From an uncultured Desulfosarcina sp. (GTDB taxonomy: Bacteria > Desulfobacterota > Desulfobacteria > Desulfobacterales > Desulfosarcinaceae), in NCBI GenBank assembly GCA_963674945.2, contig CAXXWQ010000004.1, positions 1,856,001-1,920,000 on the forward strand: a stretch of 64,000 bases of DNA, written 5' to 3'. The position numbers were made by a program, and so were the translations under genes. Shown in pieces: positions 1 to 16,232 of the stretch. Numbering within the stretch: position 1 is the first letter of the stretch; each line of letters starts with the position of its first letter. Below the pieces are notes generated by a model. The model was not told the origin of the DNA. It saw nothing but the letters and a program-made list of their open reading frames with translations, and did no database searches.

Positions 1-365
<365 letters not shown>

Positions 366-491
366 CTCCCGGTCCTCCTGTTTGCGGGGGGTATTACCCC
401 AACAAGGCAAAAGGTTTTGATCTTCAGGCAGTCGGCAGACCTGAACGGTGTCCAAAACCCAATGCAGCTAAAATATGTAATAGGTAATTCG

Positions 492-965
<474 letters not shown>

Positions 966-1001
966 TCACACCATCATTCTTATATATGCAATATCCACCA
1001 A

Positions 1002-1373
1002 CTATTTGGGCCGTTTGGCGCCGTATTTCGAGCGCCCCTGCCGGCGGCCATCCACACCCAATGTATCCAACGTTCCGCGGACGATATGGTACCGGACACC
1101 GGGAAGGTCTTTGACACGTCCGCCCCGGACCAGAACCACGGAGTGTTCCTGAAGATTATGACCGATTCCGGGAATATAGGCCGTTACCTCGACACCGGTG
1201 GTCAGACGCACCCTGGCGACTTTCCGAAGCGCCGAGTTGGGCTTTTTGGGTGTTGAGGTATAAACACGGGTACACACCCCCCTTTTTTGCGGGGCACCCT
1301 TGAGCGCCGGGGTGGTTTTCTTTTTCAAGACCCGTTTTCGACCTTTTCGAACGAGTTGGTTGATTGTTGGCAT
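1002..1373 (-). CDS. rpsL: 30S ribosomal protein S12
   Basis: [12 protein letters not shown]...[10 protein letters not shown]...RVKDLPG. Confidence 0.99.
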   Translation of the reverse strand: MPTINQLVRKGRKRVLKKKTTPALKGAPQKRGVCTRVYTSTPKKPNSALRKVARVRLTTGVEVTAYIPGIGHNLQEHSVVLVRGGRVKDLPGVRYHIVRGTLDTLGVDGRRQGRSKYGAKRPK

Positions 1374-1430
1374 CGTAATCCCTTACACTGGTTTTATTTC
1401 GAATAATTTCCTTCGCGCACAGAAACTGGC

Positions 1431-1459
1431 TATATATCCCCTATCAATCTGTTTGTCAA
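1431..1459 (-). promoter_or_regulatory. Sigma70-type promoter of rpsL-rpsG-tuf
   Basis: TTGACA-17 bp-TATATA on the minus strand between the rpoC stop and the rpsL start. Confidence 0.65.
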
Positions 1460-1475
1460 TCCTTTTTCCACAGCA

Positions 1476-4400
1476 TCAAGAATCACCATCGCTTGCAGCA
1501 ACCGTAAGATCACAGTAGTCTGCGATTCCCGTTCCCGCGGGAATGATTCTTCCCATGATCACGTTTTCCTTCAGGCCCCGCAACCGGTCCACCGAACCGG
1601 CGATACTGGCATCGGTGAGCACCTTCGTGGTCTCCTGGAAAGAAGCGGCCGATATGAAGCTGTCCGTACTCAAGGAGGCCTTGGTGATACCGAGGATCAA
1701 CGGTTCGGCAACGGCTGGTTTCCCTCCATTGGCGGCGATTGCCTCGTTTGTCTCCTCGAAGATGATTTTGTCCACCTGCTCTTCGAGAATAAAGTCCGTG
1801 TCTCCGATATCCACCACCTTGACCCGGCGCATCATCTGCCGAACGATCACTTCGATATGTTTGTCGTTGATCCGTACACCCTGAAGACGGTACACCTCCT
1901 GCACTTCATCCACCAGATACTTGGCCAGGGCGACCTCCCCCTTGATTTTAAGGATATCCTGGGGATTGGCGGCACCACCGATTAGCGGTTCACCTGCCCG
2001 GACGTAATCTCCTTCATATACATTGATGTGCTTGCCCCGGGGAATCAGGTACTCTTTCTTGTCGCCCACATCCACCGGGGAGATGGTCACCCGCTGTTTT
2101 CCCTTCTTGGTGGCTTTGGAGATGGTCACGTAGCCGTCGATCTCACTCAAGACAGCCACCTCTTTTGGCTTTCTCACTTCGAAGAGTTCCGCAACACGGG
2201 GAAGACCACCGGTAATATCCTTTGTTTTGGTCGTGGCCCGCGGCAACTTGGCGATAACGTCACCGGCCTTTACTTCATCCCCCTCTTCCATCATGATGAT
2301 GGCATCCACCGGGAGCATGTACCTGGCCATCCCGGTTCCCTTGGGAAGTTTGGCGGTCTTTCCGTCTTCTCCCTTGATGGAGATTCGGGGGCGTTCCTCT
2401 GCGGTCTTGGACTCGATGACCGTTCGACTGGATTTTCCGGTCACGGGGTCCACCTTTTCCTGAATGGTCTTTCCGGGAACCAGGTCACCGAATTTCACCG
2501 TACCATTGACTTCGGTAATGATCGGGGTTGTAAACGGATCCCATACGGCCAGAAGGTCACCGGGTACCACATCCTGGCCCTCTTTTACCACGATATGGGC
2601 ACCGTAAATCACCGGACAACGTTCACGTTCACGCCCTGTCTCTCCGACGATGGCAAATTCGCCGCCCCTTCGGTTCATGACCACCAGTTCGTTGTCCGCA
2701 TTCTTGACGACGTTAAGGTCGACGAATTTGATTTTACCGGCGGTACGTGCGCGAATGTCCGCCTGCTCCACTCTTCGGCTCGCCGTACCACCGATATGGA
2801 AGGTCCGCATGGTCAGCTGTGTTCCCGGCTCACCGATGGACTGTGCGGCGAGAATCCCCACGGCCTGCCCCATTTCAACGGTCCTGCCATGGGCCAGATC
2901 TCGTCCGTAACACTTGGCGCAGACACCATATTTGGTGCGGCAGGTCAAGACCGATCGAATCAACACTTGGTTAACGCCGGCGTTTTCGATCTTCTGGGCG
3001 TCGATTTCATCGATCTCCTTTCCCGCGCGCACCACCACTTCATCGGTAAACGGATCGAGGATGTCGGTTACGGTGGTCCGGCCCAGAATTCGCTCGCTTA
3101 GCCGTTGAATCACCTCACCGCCTTCCAGAAGGGGTTCCACCTCGACGCCCAGAGTGGTTCCGCAGTCGTGCTCTACCACGGCACAGTCCTGGGCCACATC
3201 CGCCAGACGACGTGTCAAGTACCCGGAGTTGGCCGTTTTCAGGGCGGTATCGGCAAGTCCCTTCCGTGCACCATGGGTGGAGATAAAGTACTGAAGGACG
3301 GAAAGACCTTCCCGAAAGTTCGCCTGAATGGGTGTTTCGATAATCTCGCCGGAAGGCTTGGCCATCAAACCGCGCATGCCGGCCAGCTGACGCATCTGGT
3401 CCTTGCTCCCGCGTGCACCGGAATCGGCCATCATATAGATGGGGTTGAAACTCTCCGTCTGAAGGGGTTTTCCGGCATCGTCCAGCAGGGGATTCCCCTC
3501 ACGGTCGAACCGTGTTTCCACCTTCATCGCGTCCATCATTTCGTTTGCCACATCATCGGTTGCCTTGGCCCAGATGTCCACAACCTTGTTGTATTTTTCC
3601 CCCTGGGTGATGAGTCCTTCGGTATATTGGCGACCGATCTCCGTCACCTGGACCTCCGCCCGATTCAAGATCTCCTCTTTTTTCTCGGGAATGATCATGG
3701 CGTCGATGGAAATGGAGAGTCCACCCTTGGTGGAATATTTATAGCCGATGTCTTTCAGCCGATCGGCCAAAATTACCGTCGCCTTGGGGCCAAGGTTTCG
3801 ATAGACGTAGTCGACCAACTGACGGAGCGCTCCCTTGTCCATCACCTTGTTGATGACGTCGAAAGGTATTTGGGGACGTTTTTCCAACAACTGGAAAAGG
3901 TGTGCCCCCTGGTCGTTGCGGATAATGGCCGACACCTCATTTTCCTGCAGACGGAAAATGGTATCGGCATCGTCTTCGGTCACTTCGAAAATCCGGGCAA
4001 ACTCCTCTTTTTCCAAAAGTCCGATTTCGCCGTCGTTGTCCCTGTCCGGACTCTCGGAATGGGTGGCCGCCAGCGTTCGGAACGACTCACCGTCGTCAAG
4101 GGACTTGACGATCTGTTCCATGACCTTCTCTTCCTTGACCATGATGTGGCGCAATCGGACCACATCGGCCTTTGGCATGATCTCCCACAGTACAATTCGG
4201 CCAACGATGGTTTCCACCCGCTTGCCACCGATGCGAACAATGATGTTGGCGTGCAAGTCGACCGCCCTGGAATCGTAGGCGGCACGAACCTCTTCCGGGT
4301 TGGAAAAAAGCCGGCCTTCCCCTTTGCAACCGTATTTTCCACGGGTCATGTAGTACAGTCCCAAAACAATGTCCTGACTGGGAACGATGATGGGGCTGCC

Positions 4401-5888
4401 GTTTGCCGGGGAAAGGATGTTGTTGGAAGAGAGCATCAACACCCTGGCTTCGATCTGGGACTCCACGGAAAGAGGAACATGAACGGCCATCTGGTCACCG
4501 TCGAAGTCGGCATTGAAAGCCGTGCAGACCAGAGGATGGAGTCGAATGGCCTTGCCCTCGATCAGGGTCGGCTCGAACGCCTGAATCCCGAGACGATGCA
4601 AGGTCGGTGCACGGTTGAGCATCACGGGATACTCCCTGACCACTTCATCCAGGGTATCCCATACTTCAGGGACTTCCCGTTCCACCATCTTTTTGGCGCT
4701 TTTCACGGTGGAGACCAGACCCTTTTGCTCGAGCCGGTAGTAGACAAAGGGCTTGAAAAGCTCGAGGGCCATCTTCTTCGGCAATCCGCACTGGTGAAGC
4801 CGTAAATTGGGTCCCACGGTGATCACCGTTCGACCGGAGTAGTCAACGCGTTTGCCTAAAAGATTCTGGCGAAAGCGGCCCTGTTTTCCTTTTAGGGTGT
4901 CACTCAACGACTTTAATGGACGCTTGTTGGTGCCGGTAATCACACGACCATGGCGGCCGTTGTCAAACAATACGTCCACCGACTCTTGAAGCATCCGCTT
5001 TTCGTTTCGGACGATGATCTCCGGTGCCTTCAGATCCATGAGTCGTTTGAGACGATTGTTACGGTTGATGACACGTCGGTAAAGATCATTCAGATCGGAA
5101 GTGGCAAACCGACCGCCCTCCAATGGTACCAGGGGTCTGAGATCGGGGGGCAAAACGGGAATCACGTCCATGACCATCCAGACCGGTTCCAGGCCTGAAC
5201 GCATGAATGCATCCACGATTTTCAACCGTTTCGAAAGCTTCTGCCGTTTCGCCACGGAATTGGTTTCCCGGATCTCCTTTCTCAGTTCCTGATAGAGTTC
5301 GTCCAGCTCGATATTTTCCAAAAGGGCCTTGACCGCCTCCGCACCGATACCCGCCTCGAATTTATCTTCACCATAGGTTTCGATGGCCTCCTGATACTTC
5401 TCATCGGAGAGCAACTGGCAGCGGTTCAAGGCGGTATCTTTGGGATCGATGACGATATAGGAATCGAAGTAGAGAACCTTCTCCATATTTTTCAAGGTGA
5501 TATCGAGGAGGTTGCCGATTTTGCTGGGCAGGCTTTTAAGGAACCAGATGTGAGAGACCGGCGTCGCCAATTCGATGTGCCCCATGCGTTCGCGGCGCAC
5601 CTTGGATTGAATCACCTCGACACCGCATTTCTCGCAGATGACGCCGCGATGTTTCATGCGCTTGTATTTACCGCAATTGCACTCGTAATCTTTGGTGGGA
5701 CCAAAGATCTTCGCGCAGAACAATCCATCCCGTTCCGGTTTGAAGGTACGATAATTAATGGTTTCCGGCTTTTTGATCTCCCCATGGGACCATTGTCGGA
5801 TCTGGTCCGAGGAGGCCAGGGAGACCTTGACGCCGGTATAACGCCTGGGATCTGTGGGCTTAGAGAAAAAATCGTATAATGTTTCCAT
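1476..5888 (-). CDS. rpoC: DNA-directed RNA polymerase beta' subunit, with an internal parvulin-like insert
   Basis: NADFDGD catalytic motif, N-terminal Zn-finger cysteines, TARGET-like conserved blocks such as [17 protein letters not shown]; 1470 aa. Confidence 0.99.
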   Translation of the reverse strand: METLYDFFSKPTDPRRYTGVKVSLASSDQIRQWSHGEIKKPETINYRTFKPERDGLFCAKIFGPTKDYECNCGKYKRMKHRGVICEKCGVEVIQSKVRRERMGHIELATPVSHIWFLKSLPSKIGNLLDITLKNMEKVLYFDSYIVIDPKDTALNRCQLLSDEKYQEAIETYGEDKFEAGIGAEAVKALLENIELDELYQELRKEIRETNSVAKRQKLSKRLKIVDAFMRSGLEPVWMVMDVIPVLPPDLRPLVPLEGGRFATSDLNDLYRRVINRNNRLKRLMDLKAPEIIVRNEKRMLQESVDVLFDNGRHGRVITGTNKRPLKSLSDTLKGKQGRFRQNLLGKRVDYSGRTVITVGPNLRLHQCGLPKKMALELFKPFVYYRLEQKGLVSTVKSAKKMVEREVPEVWDTLDEVVREYPVMLNRAPTLHRLGIQAFEPTLIEGKAIRLHPLVCTAFNADFDGDQMAVHVPLSVESQIEARVLMLSSNNILSPANGSPIIVPSQDIVLGLYYMTRGKYGCKGEGRLFSNPEEVRAAYDSRAVDLHANIIVRIGGKRVETIVGRIVLWEIMPKADVVRLRHIMVKEEKVMEQIVKSLDDGESFRTLAATHSESPDRDNDGEIGLLEKEEFARIFEVTEDDADTIFRLQENEVSAIIRNDQGAHLFQLLEKRPQIPFDVINKVMDKGALRQLVDYVYRNLGPKATVILADRLKDIGYKYSTKGGLSISIDAMIIPEKKEEILNRAEVQVTEIGRQYTEGLITQGEKYNKVVDIWAKATDDVANEMMDAMKVETRFDREGNPLLDDAGKPLQTESFNPIYMMADSGARGSKDQMRQLAGMRGLMAKPSGEIIETPIQANFREGLSVLQYFISTHGARKGLADTALKTANSGYLTRRLADVAQDCAVVEHDCGTTLGVEVEPLLEGGEVIQRLSERILGRTTVTDILDPFTDEVVVRAGKEIDEIDAQKIENAGVNQVLIRSVLTCRTKYGVCAKCYGRDLAHGRTVEMGQAVGILAAQSIGEPGTQLTMRTFHIGGTASRRVEQADIRARTAGKIKFVDLNVVKNADNELVVMNRRGGEFAIVGETGRERERCPVIYGAHIVVKEGQDVVPGDLLAVWDPFTTPIITEVNGTVKFGDLVPGKTIQEKVDPVTGKSSRTVIESKTAEERPRISIKGEDGKTAKLPKGTGMARYMLPVDAIIMMEEGDEVKAGDVIAKLPRATTKTKDITGGLPRVAELFEVRKPKEVAVLSEIDGYVTISKATKKGKQRVTISPVDVGDKKEYLIPRGKHINVYEGDYVRAGEPLIGGAANPQDILKIKGEVALAKYLVDEVQEVYRLQGVRINDKHIEVIVRQMMRRVKVVDIGDTDFILEEQVDKIIFEETNEAIAANGGKPAVAEPLILGITKASLSTDSFISAASFQETTKVLTDASIAGSVDRLRGLKENVIMGRIIPAGTGIADYCDLTVAASDGDS
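3873..4169 (-). other. Parvulin/PpiC-like rotamase domain inserted in RpoC (about aa 574-672)
   Basis: RLRHIMV...[14 protein letters not shown]...DGEIG...[10 protein letters not shown]...[11 protein letters not shown] follows the parvulin pattern. Confidence 0.85.
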
Positions 5889-5959
5889 AACTTGTTCCTT
5901 TATAGGCGTTAAGGATGATCAAGAGTTGGGCATTTTTGCATTCGGCTAAGTTCCTCGAG

Positions 5960-10045
<4,086 letters not shown>

Positions 10046-10187
10046 GTTTGCTCCGATAGGGTATTTGAGGAATATGAAAATGGGATCAAAGGATCATCCG
10101 CCTTTGCACCCCATTTTCACATTCGATGCTTTTCGTTGTAAATAAAGATTGTTATGCATCCTTATGGCAGTTTGTGCCCATACCGTT

Positions 10188-10574
10188 CTATTTGAGTTCC
10201 ACTTGCGCTCCAGCCTCTTCGAGCTGTGCTTTGATCTTTTCGGCTTCCTCTTTCTCCACACCTTCTTTCACCGGCTTGGGCGCCTCGTCCACCAATGCCT
10301 TGGCCTCTTTCAAGCCAAGGCCGGTGATGGCACGCACCTCTTTAATTACGGCGATCTTCTTGTCACCGGCGGCGGTCAGAACGACATCGAATTCATTCTT
10401 CTCTTCGGCGGCGGCGGCGCCTGCATCACCGGCGGGACCGGCGGCCATCATAGCCACGGGTGCAGCGGCGGAAACACCGAATTTTTCCTCCATCTCCTTG
10501 ACCATCTCGGAGAGTTCCAGCACGGACATGTTTGCGATAAAATCGATGACATCTGCTTTGGTAATATCAGCCAT
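10188..10574 (-). CDS. rplL: 50S ribosomal protein L7/L12
   Basis: MADITK...[13 protein letters not shown]...GLGLKEAK; start trimmed to the ATG after a GGAGG RBS. Confidence 0.98.
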   Translation of the reverse strand: MADITKADVIDFIANMSVLELSEMVKEMEEKFGVSAAAPVAMMAAGPAGDAGAAAAEEKNEFDVVLTAAGDKKIAVIKEVRAITGLGLKEAKALVDEAPKPVKEGVEKEEAEKIKAQLEEAGAQVELK

Positions 10575-10648
10575 TTGTTGTTTTTCCTCCAAAATTGATA
10601 AGTAATCCGTCTTTCGACCTTAAGTTTTTGCATTGAATCGATCAGGCC

Positions 10649-11179
10649 TTACGCTTCCCCTGCAGCTTCTTTTTGATCCTTGATGGCCTGAAGCACGTTG
10701 ACCATTCGCCGGGGCACATCACTGAGGGCGGTAACCAGTGAGGTCGGCACGGCGTTCATGGCAGAGAGCACCTGCGCCAGCAGTACTTCCCTGCTCGGCA
10801 GGGAAGAAAGCGCCTTGATGCCTGCCAAGTCCACGATTTGCCCATTGAGAATGCCTGATTTGATTTCCAGCTTTTCGTTGTCCTTGGCGAATTCGGTAAG
10901 CACCTTCGCCGGACCGACGGGATCATCGTAACTCAGAGCAACAGCGCTTGGTCCCTTGAACTGGTCCTTGATCAAGGAGACATCATTGCCTTCCGATGCC
11001 CTTACCAGAAGCGAATTTTTCGCCACCTGATATTCGGCGTTCGCACCACGCAGTTTTCGACGCAGGTCATTAATAGATTCCACATCGAGCCCTTTGTAAT
11101 CCGTCAATATTACGATAACCGATTTTTCGAAGCGCTCTTTAAGGTCTTGTGCGATTCTCTTTTTTTCGTTGATATCCAA
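10649..11179 (-). CDS. rplJ: 50S ribosomal protein L10
   Basis: DYKGL...VAKNSL...LPSREVLLAQ; probable TTG start at 11179 after a GGAAGGGGG RBS. Confidence 0.96.
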   Translation of the reverse strand: MDINEKKRIAQDLKERFEKSVIVILTDYKGLDVESINDLRRKLRGANAEYQVAKNSLLVRASEGNDVSLIKDQFKGPSAVALSYDDPVGPAKVLTEFAKDNEKLEIKSGILNGQIVDLAGIKALSSLPSREVLLAQVLSAMNAVPTSLVTALSDVPRRMVNVLQAIKDQKEAAGEA

Positions 11180-11322
11180 TTGTCGATTACACCCCCTTCC
11201 TAAATCTGCAAAAACCGGAGAACACAAAATGGCGTTGGTTTGGTAGAGATCCTTCTAAACAGTTGATACAATCCACATCGATGATCTTGCTTAAGAAAGG
11301 GCTCATATGACAAATGCAACTC

Positions 11323-11400
11323 CCGTCTCGGCAGGCCGGTGAGAACCGATTAAACACGCGACCCTTTTCATGCGGGCCGATGTGAACCTACGGTCTTTGA
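11323..11400 (-). promoter_or_regulatory. Ribosomal protein L10 leader (autoregulatory RNA)
   Basis: Minus strand reads AAGACCGTAGGT...TTTAA...CCTGCCGAGACGG, the L10-leader architecture, between rplA and rplJ. Confidence 0.75.
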
Positions 11401-11482
11401 CAGTGTGTGGTTGGGCAGGTTGTTTCCAACCAGCCTTTTTTATGAGCATTCACTTGCGTTCAAAAGAAGGACGACAGTCCCC

Positions 11483-12187
11483 CTATTTCACCAAATCTTT
11501 AACCAGAGCCGTGTCGATTTTGACTCCTGGTCCCATGGTAGTGGAAACGGCAATTCCTTTGAGGTAGGTCCCTTTACTGGAAGATGGTTTCAGCTTCATG
11601 ATCGTTTCTAAGAATGCGGCAATGTTCTCTACGATTTTCTGGGAACCAAATGATACTTTTCCCATAGGAGCGTGAACGATACCCGCCTTTTCAACCCGAA
11701 AATCGATCTTTCCCGCCTTGAGTTCCTGAATGGTCTTGGCAACGTCGAAAGTTACCGTTCCCGTCTTCGCGTTGGGCATCAGACCGCGGGGACCGAGGAG
11801 CCTTCCAATTTTTCCCACGGTTCCCATCATGTCGGGAGTGGCGATGGCTTTGTCGAATCCGAACCACCCTTCTTTGATCTTCTCCACGAGATCCTCATTA
11901 CCGACAAACTCGGCGCCGGCCTCCTTGGCCTCCATCTCTTTTTCGCCCTTGGCAAAAACGAGAACCTTGACCTCCTTGCCGAGACCATTCGGCAGAACGA
12001 CGGTTCCGCGAACCATCTGGTCGGCGTGTCGGGGATCCACCCCCAGGCGAACGGCGACATCTACGGTTTCATCAAATTTCGCATAAGAAGAAGAAATTGC
12101 GGCATCGATTGCCTCGTTGAAGTCGTATCGCTTGCTCGACTCGATTTTACTTGATGATTCTTTGTATTTTTTACCACGCTTCGGCAT
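11483..12187 (-). CDS. rplA: 50S ribosomal protein L1
   Basis: KFDETVD...[14 protein letters not shown]...LGPRGLMPN. Confidence 0.99.
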   Translation of the reverse strand: MPKRGKKYKESSSKIESSKRYDFNEAIDAAISSSYAKFDETVDVAVRLGVDPRHADQMVRGTVVLPNGLGKEVKVLVFAKGEKEMEAKEAGAEFVGNEDLVEKIKEGWFGFDKAIATPDMMGTVGKIGRLLGPRGLMPNAKTGTVTFDVAKTIQELKAGKIDFRVEKAGIVHAPMGKVSFGSQKIVENIAAFLETIMKLKPSSSKGTYLKGIAVSTTMGPGVKIDTALVKDLVK

Positions 12188-12284
12188 AGTTCCTTAAACT
12201 CCTTAATCGTATTTCTCTTCCCGCCCTCGTTTTGCTGCGATCTGATTCTCTTCCGATCGACATGTAAGGCCTGCCCTACTATCG

Positions 12285-12707
12285 CTATTTGACTTCAATG
12301 CCCATGCTTCTGGCGGTTCCGCTGATAATCTTACATGCGGCTGCCATGTCGTTGGCATTCAGATCTTCCATTTTAATCTTGGCGATCTCTTCGACCTGTG
12401 CCATTGTTACCGATCCGACCCGATCCCGCTTTGGGTCACCGGCTCCCTTGGCGACCTTGGCGGCTTTCTTCAGCAAAACGGCCGCAGGTGGCGTCTTTGT
12501 AATAAAGGTGAAGGAGCGGTCCTGGAATACGGTAATGACCACAGGAATGATCATGCCGGCATCGTTCTGCGTCCGAGAATTGAATGCCTTGCAAAAATCC
12601 ATGATATTGACACCATGCTGTCCGAGTGCCGGACCGATGGGTGGAGATGGGTTTGCCTTTCCCGCTTCGACCTGAAGCTTAATTTGAGCCATTACCTTTT
12701 TTGCCAT
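12285..12707 (-). CDS. rplK: 50S ribosomal protein L11
   Basis: [28 protein letters not shown]. Confidence 0.99.
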   Translation of the reverse strand: MAKKVMAQIKLQVEAGKANPSPPIGPALGQHGVNIMDFCKAFNSRTQNDAGMIIPVVITVFQDRSFTFITKTPPAAVLLKKAAKVAKGAGDPKRDRVGSVTMAQVEEIAKIKMEDLNANDMAAACKIISGTARSMGIEVK

Positions 12708-12780
12708 TTTTCGATCGATTCCCTGTTGTATGTCTGTTTTATGGTAAAGACGGATAAGGTGCTTTTACCATAGCAAGCGA

Positions 12781-13311
12781 TTATAGTTTGGTCACCTGAA
12801 CGAAATCCAGTTCCACGGGTGTGGAGCGGCCGAAAATACTGACCAACACTTTGATTTTTCCCTTTTCAGGATTGACCTCTTCCACCGTTCCGTTGAAATT
12901 TGTAAATGGGCCGTCAATGACACGGATTTCATCGCCGGTTTCAAAATAGAATTTGGGTTGCGGCTGATTTTTCCCCGCTTCCATCCGATTCAGGATGTTT
13001 TCCGCCTCTTTTTGGGAAATCGGCGTGGGCTTTTCCCTGCCGCCGAGAAACCCCGTGACCTTGGGTGTATTGTTCACGATGTGCCAGGTCTCATCATCGA
13101 GCTCCATCTTCACGAGTAAATATCCGGGATAGAATTTTCTCGATGATGTTCGCCGCTTGCCCTTCACCAACTCGACGACCTCCTCCGTCGGTACGAGAAC
13201 CTCTTCGAACTTGCCCGGATCGGGTGAAGAGGCGATCTTTTCTTCCAAAGAGGCCTTTACCTTATTCTCGAATCCAGAATAGACATGAACAATATACCAT
13301 TTTTTTGCCAC
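12781..13311 (-). CDS. nusG: Transcription termination/antitermination factor NusG
   Basis: [16 protein letters not shown] and KOW motif VIDGPF...[15 protein letters not shown] start. Confidence 0.98.
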   Translation of the reverse strand: MAKKWYIVHVYSGFENKVKASLEEKIASSPDPGKFEEVLVPTEEVVELVKGKRRTSSRKFYPGYLLVKMELDDETWHIVNNTPKVTGFLGGREKPTPISQKEAENILNRMEAGKNQPQPKFYFETGDEIRVIDGPFTNFNGTVEEVNPEKGKIKVLVSIFGRSTPVELDFVQVTKL

Positions 13312-13326
13312 GTAAACGCTCCTGGG

Positions 13327-13683
13327 TTATTGTAACACGGCCCGAATCAAGCCACCGAGACCGGCATCCACAAGCCCGAGGAAAAGTGATATGATCGTTA
13401 CGAGGACAATTACCACCACGGTGGATCCCATGGTCTGCTTCCGTGATGGCCATGTCACCTTTTTCAACTCGACCTTCACTTCCCGAAGAAACTGGACCGA
13501 CTTGTCGATGAAATTCTTTTCCTTAGCCACTGGAGCCTTGACGGTGGGAGTGTAGGACTTTTTTGCCACCGGCTGCATTTTCGTCGTCGAATCGGAGGAA
13601 TCAAATCCCTGGCTGGCTTCCTCCTCGGATTGCCGCTTCTTGACCTTCTTGCTTGGATCCTTTTTTCGAAGTAACCGTCCCAT
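13327..13683 (-). CDS. secE: Preprotein translocase subunit SecE
   Basis: FLREVKVELKKVTWPSR followed by one TM helix; located between tRNA-Trp and nusG. Confidence 0.95.
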   Translation of the reverse strand: MGRLLRKKDPSKKVKKRQSEEEASQGFDSSDSTTKMQPVAKKSYTPTVKAPVAKEKNFIDKSVQFLREVKVELKKVTWPSRKQTMGSTVVVIVLVTIISLFLGLVDAGLGGLIRAVLQ

Positions 13684-13779
13684 CGTTCCCCGTTTCGTAG
13701 AACACCGAACCGCCGCGAATCAAAGCGGCAGGAAAGCATCGATGCCCAGTTTCGATATCACCTGATCATAATCATATGG

Positions 13780-13856
13780 TGGCAGGCCAGGAGGGATTCG
13801 AACCCCCAACACCCGGATTTGGAGTCCGATGCTCTACCAATTCGAGCTACTGGCCT
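13780..13856 (-). tRNA. tRNA-Trp(CCA)
   Basis: AGGCCAGTAGCTC...CTCCAAA...GTTCGAATCC...GCCA cloverleaf with encoded CCA. Confidence 0.97.
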
Positions 13857-13885
13857 GCAAATCTTCATCAACGTCAACGCCTTCG

Positions 13886-14035
13886 TTACTTGGTTTCTTT
13901 ATGCATTGTGTGCTTTTGGCAAAACCGACAGTATTTGCTGAACTCCAATTTATCCGGCGTCGTCCGTTTGTTCTTTGTCGTTGTATAGTTTCTTCGCTTA
14001 CACTCCGTACAGGCCAGTGTTATGATGATTCTCAC
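13886..14035 (-). CDS. rpmG: 50S ribosomal protein L33, Zn-ribbon type (too short for the ORF track)
   Basis: Hand translation from [52 protein letters not shown]. Confidence 0.96.
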   Translation of the reverse strand: MRIIITLACTECKRRNYTTTKNKRTTPDKLEFSKYCRFCQKHTMHKETK

Positions 14036-14058
14036 TTGAAGGCACTCCTTTGGGAATC

Positions 14059-15252
<1,194 letters not shown>

Positions 15253-15316
15253 TTTAAAAACCTCCCATGAATGGACAATTTCTGGCTGTTTTGTTTTTTA
15301 CCATAGCGGGTAAATA

Positions 15317-15393
15317 TGGAGCCCACGATCGGAATTGAACCGATGAACCTCTTCCTTACCAAGGAAGCGCTCTACCGACTGAGCTACGTGGGC
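15317..15393 (-). tRNA. tRNA-Thr(GGT)
   Basis: GCCCACGTAGCTCAG...CTTGGTAAG...GTTCAATTCC...CCA. Confidence 0.96.
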
Positions 15394-15454
15394 TTTGTAG
15401 GCATAAAAAGAACTATAAAATGGCAGGCTCTGAAAGATCAACGGTCAATGTCAA

Positions 15455-15530
15455 TGGAGCGGGAGACGAGGCTCGAACTCGCGACATTCAGCTTGGAAGG
15501 CTGAAGCTCTACCAACTGAGCTACTCCCGC
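15455..15530 (-). tRNA. tRNA-Gly(TCC)
   Basis: GCGGGAGTAGCTCAG...CTTCCAA...GTTCGAGCC...CCA. Confidence 0.96.
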
Positions 15531-15670
15531 TTGTTTCCCATAACGGACTTGACATCAACGTTTCTCATATTTGCCGCACATCATCTCAAGCAGCGACAAG
15601 ATAAAAGCAAGCCGTGTAGTGCGCTATCGATCTTTTTAGTATGATCTCCTACAGGAACTTACCCCAAAAA

Positions 15671-15755
15671 TGGTGGTGGGGGGAGGATTTGAACCTCCGA
15701 AGGCGTCGCCGACAGATTTACAGTCTGTTCCCTTTGACCACTCGGGAACCCCACC
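15671..15755 (-). tRNA. tRNA-Tyr(GTA)
   Basis: GGTGGGGTTCCCGAG...CTGTAAA, long variable arm, CCA end. Confidence 0.96.
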
Positions 15756-15777
15756 ATATATTCGAAATCGTTAACTC

Positions 15778-15853
15778 TGGAGCCAGCGGAGGGACTCGAA
15801 CCCCCGACCCACTGATTACAAATCAGTAGCTCTACCAACTGAGCTACGCTGGC
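15778..15853 (-). tRNA. tRNA-Thr(TGT)
   Basis: GCCAGCGTAGCTCAG...TTTGTAA...GTTCGAGTCC...CCA. Confidence 0.96.
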
Positions 15854-16232
15854 CGACTTGTTTCTGAAAGAGCAGTCGCATTTAGAATCTGAAGCGATAC
15901 CCATGCGAATAACCGAAAACACATCATCTACACTCTTGATTTTGTTTTTTCAAGTATTTTTTTCGTTTTGAAAAAAAATGCTATCGTCATCCCAATCACT
16001 ACCGATAATTGATGGTAGTGGAGATCTCATAATGGGACTGCCGGTGCGGTATTCGGACACAACAATACAGATACCGGCATTTGTCAGATTGAAATCGTAT
16101 GAGATAGACGGCGGCTTTGATTTGAACTGGCTTGACAAGAAAGCCACCAAAATTGTAAAACTCTATGAAAATCAAGGCTTCACCGCGATCGAAAAAGTGC
16201 AATCTGACCATGTTTACCATCATCGCCGGATT

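Noticed and set aside
3873..4169. RpoC insert as an intein
   Set aside because: No N-terminal Cys/Ser with a C-terminal His-Asn plus Cys/Ser/Thr junction, and no homing endonuclease motifs
13327..13683. Long charged N-terminal extension on SecE
   Set aside because: Variable N-termini on single-TM SecE proteins are common
15978..16232. N-terminal 85 aa of the ORF-track MltD call
   Set aside because: It precedes the signal peptide and contains a TTGACA promoter-like element, so it is probably untranslated
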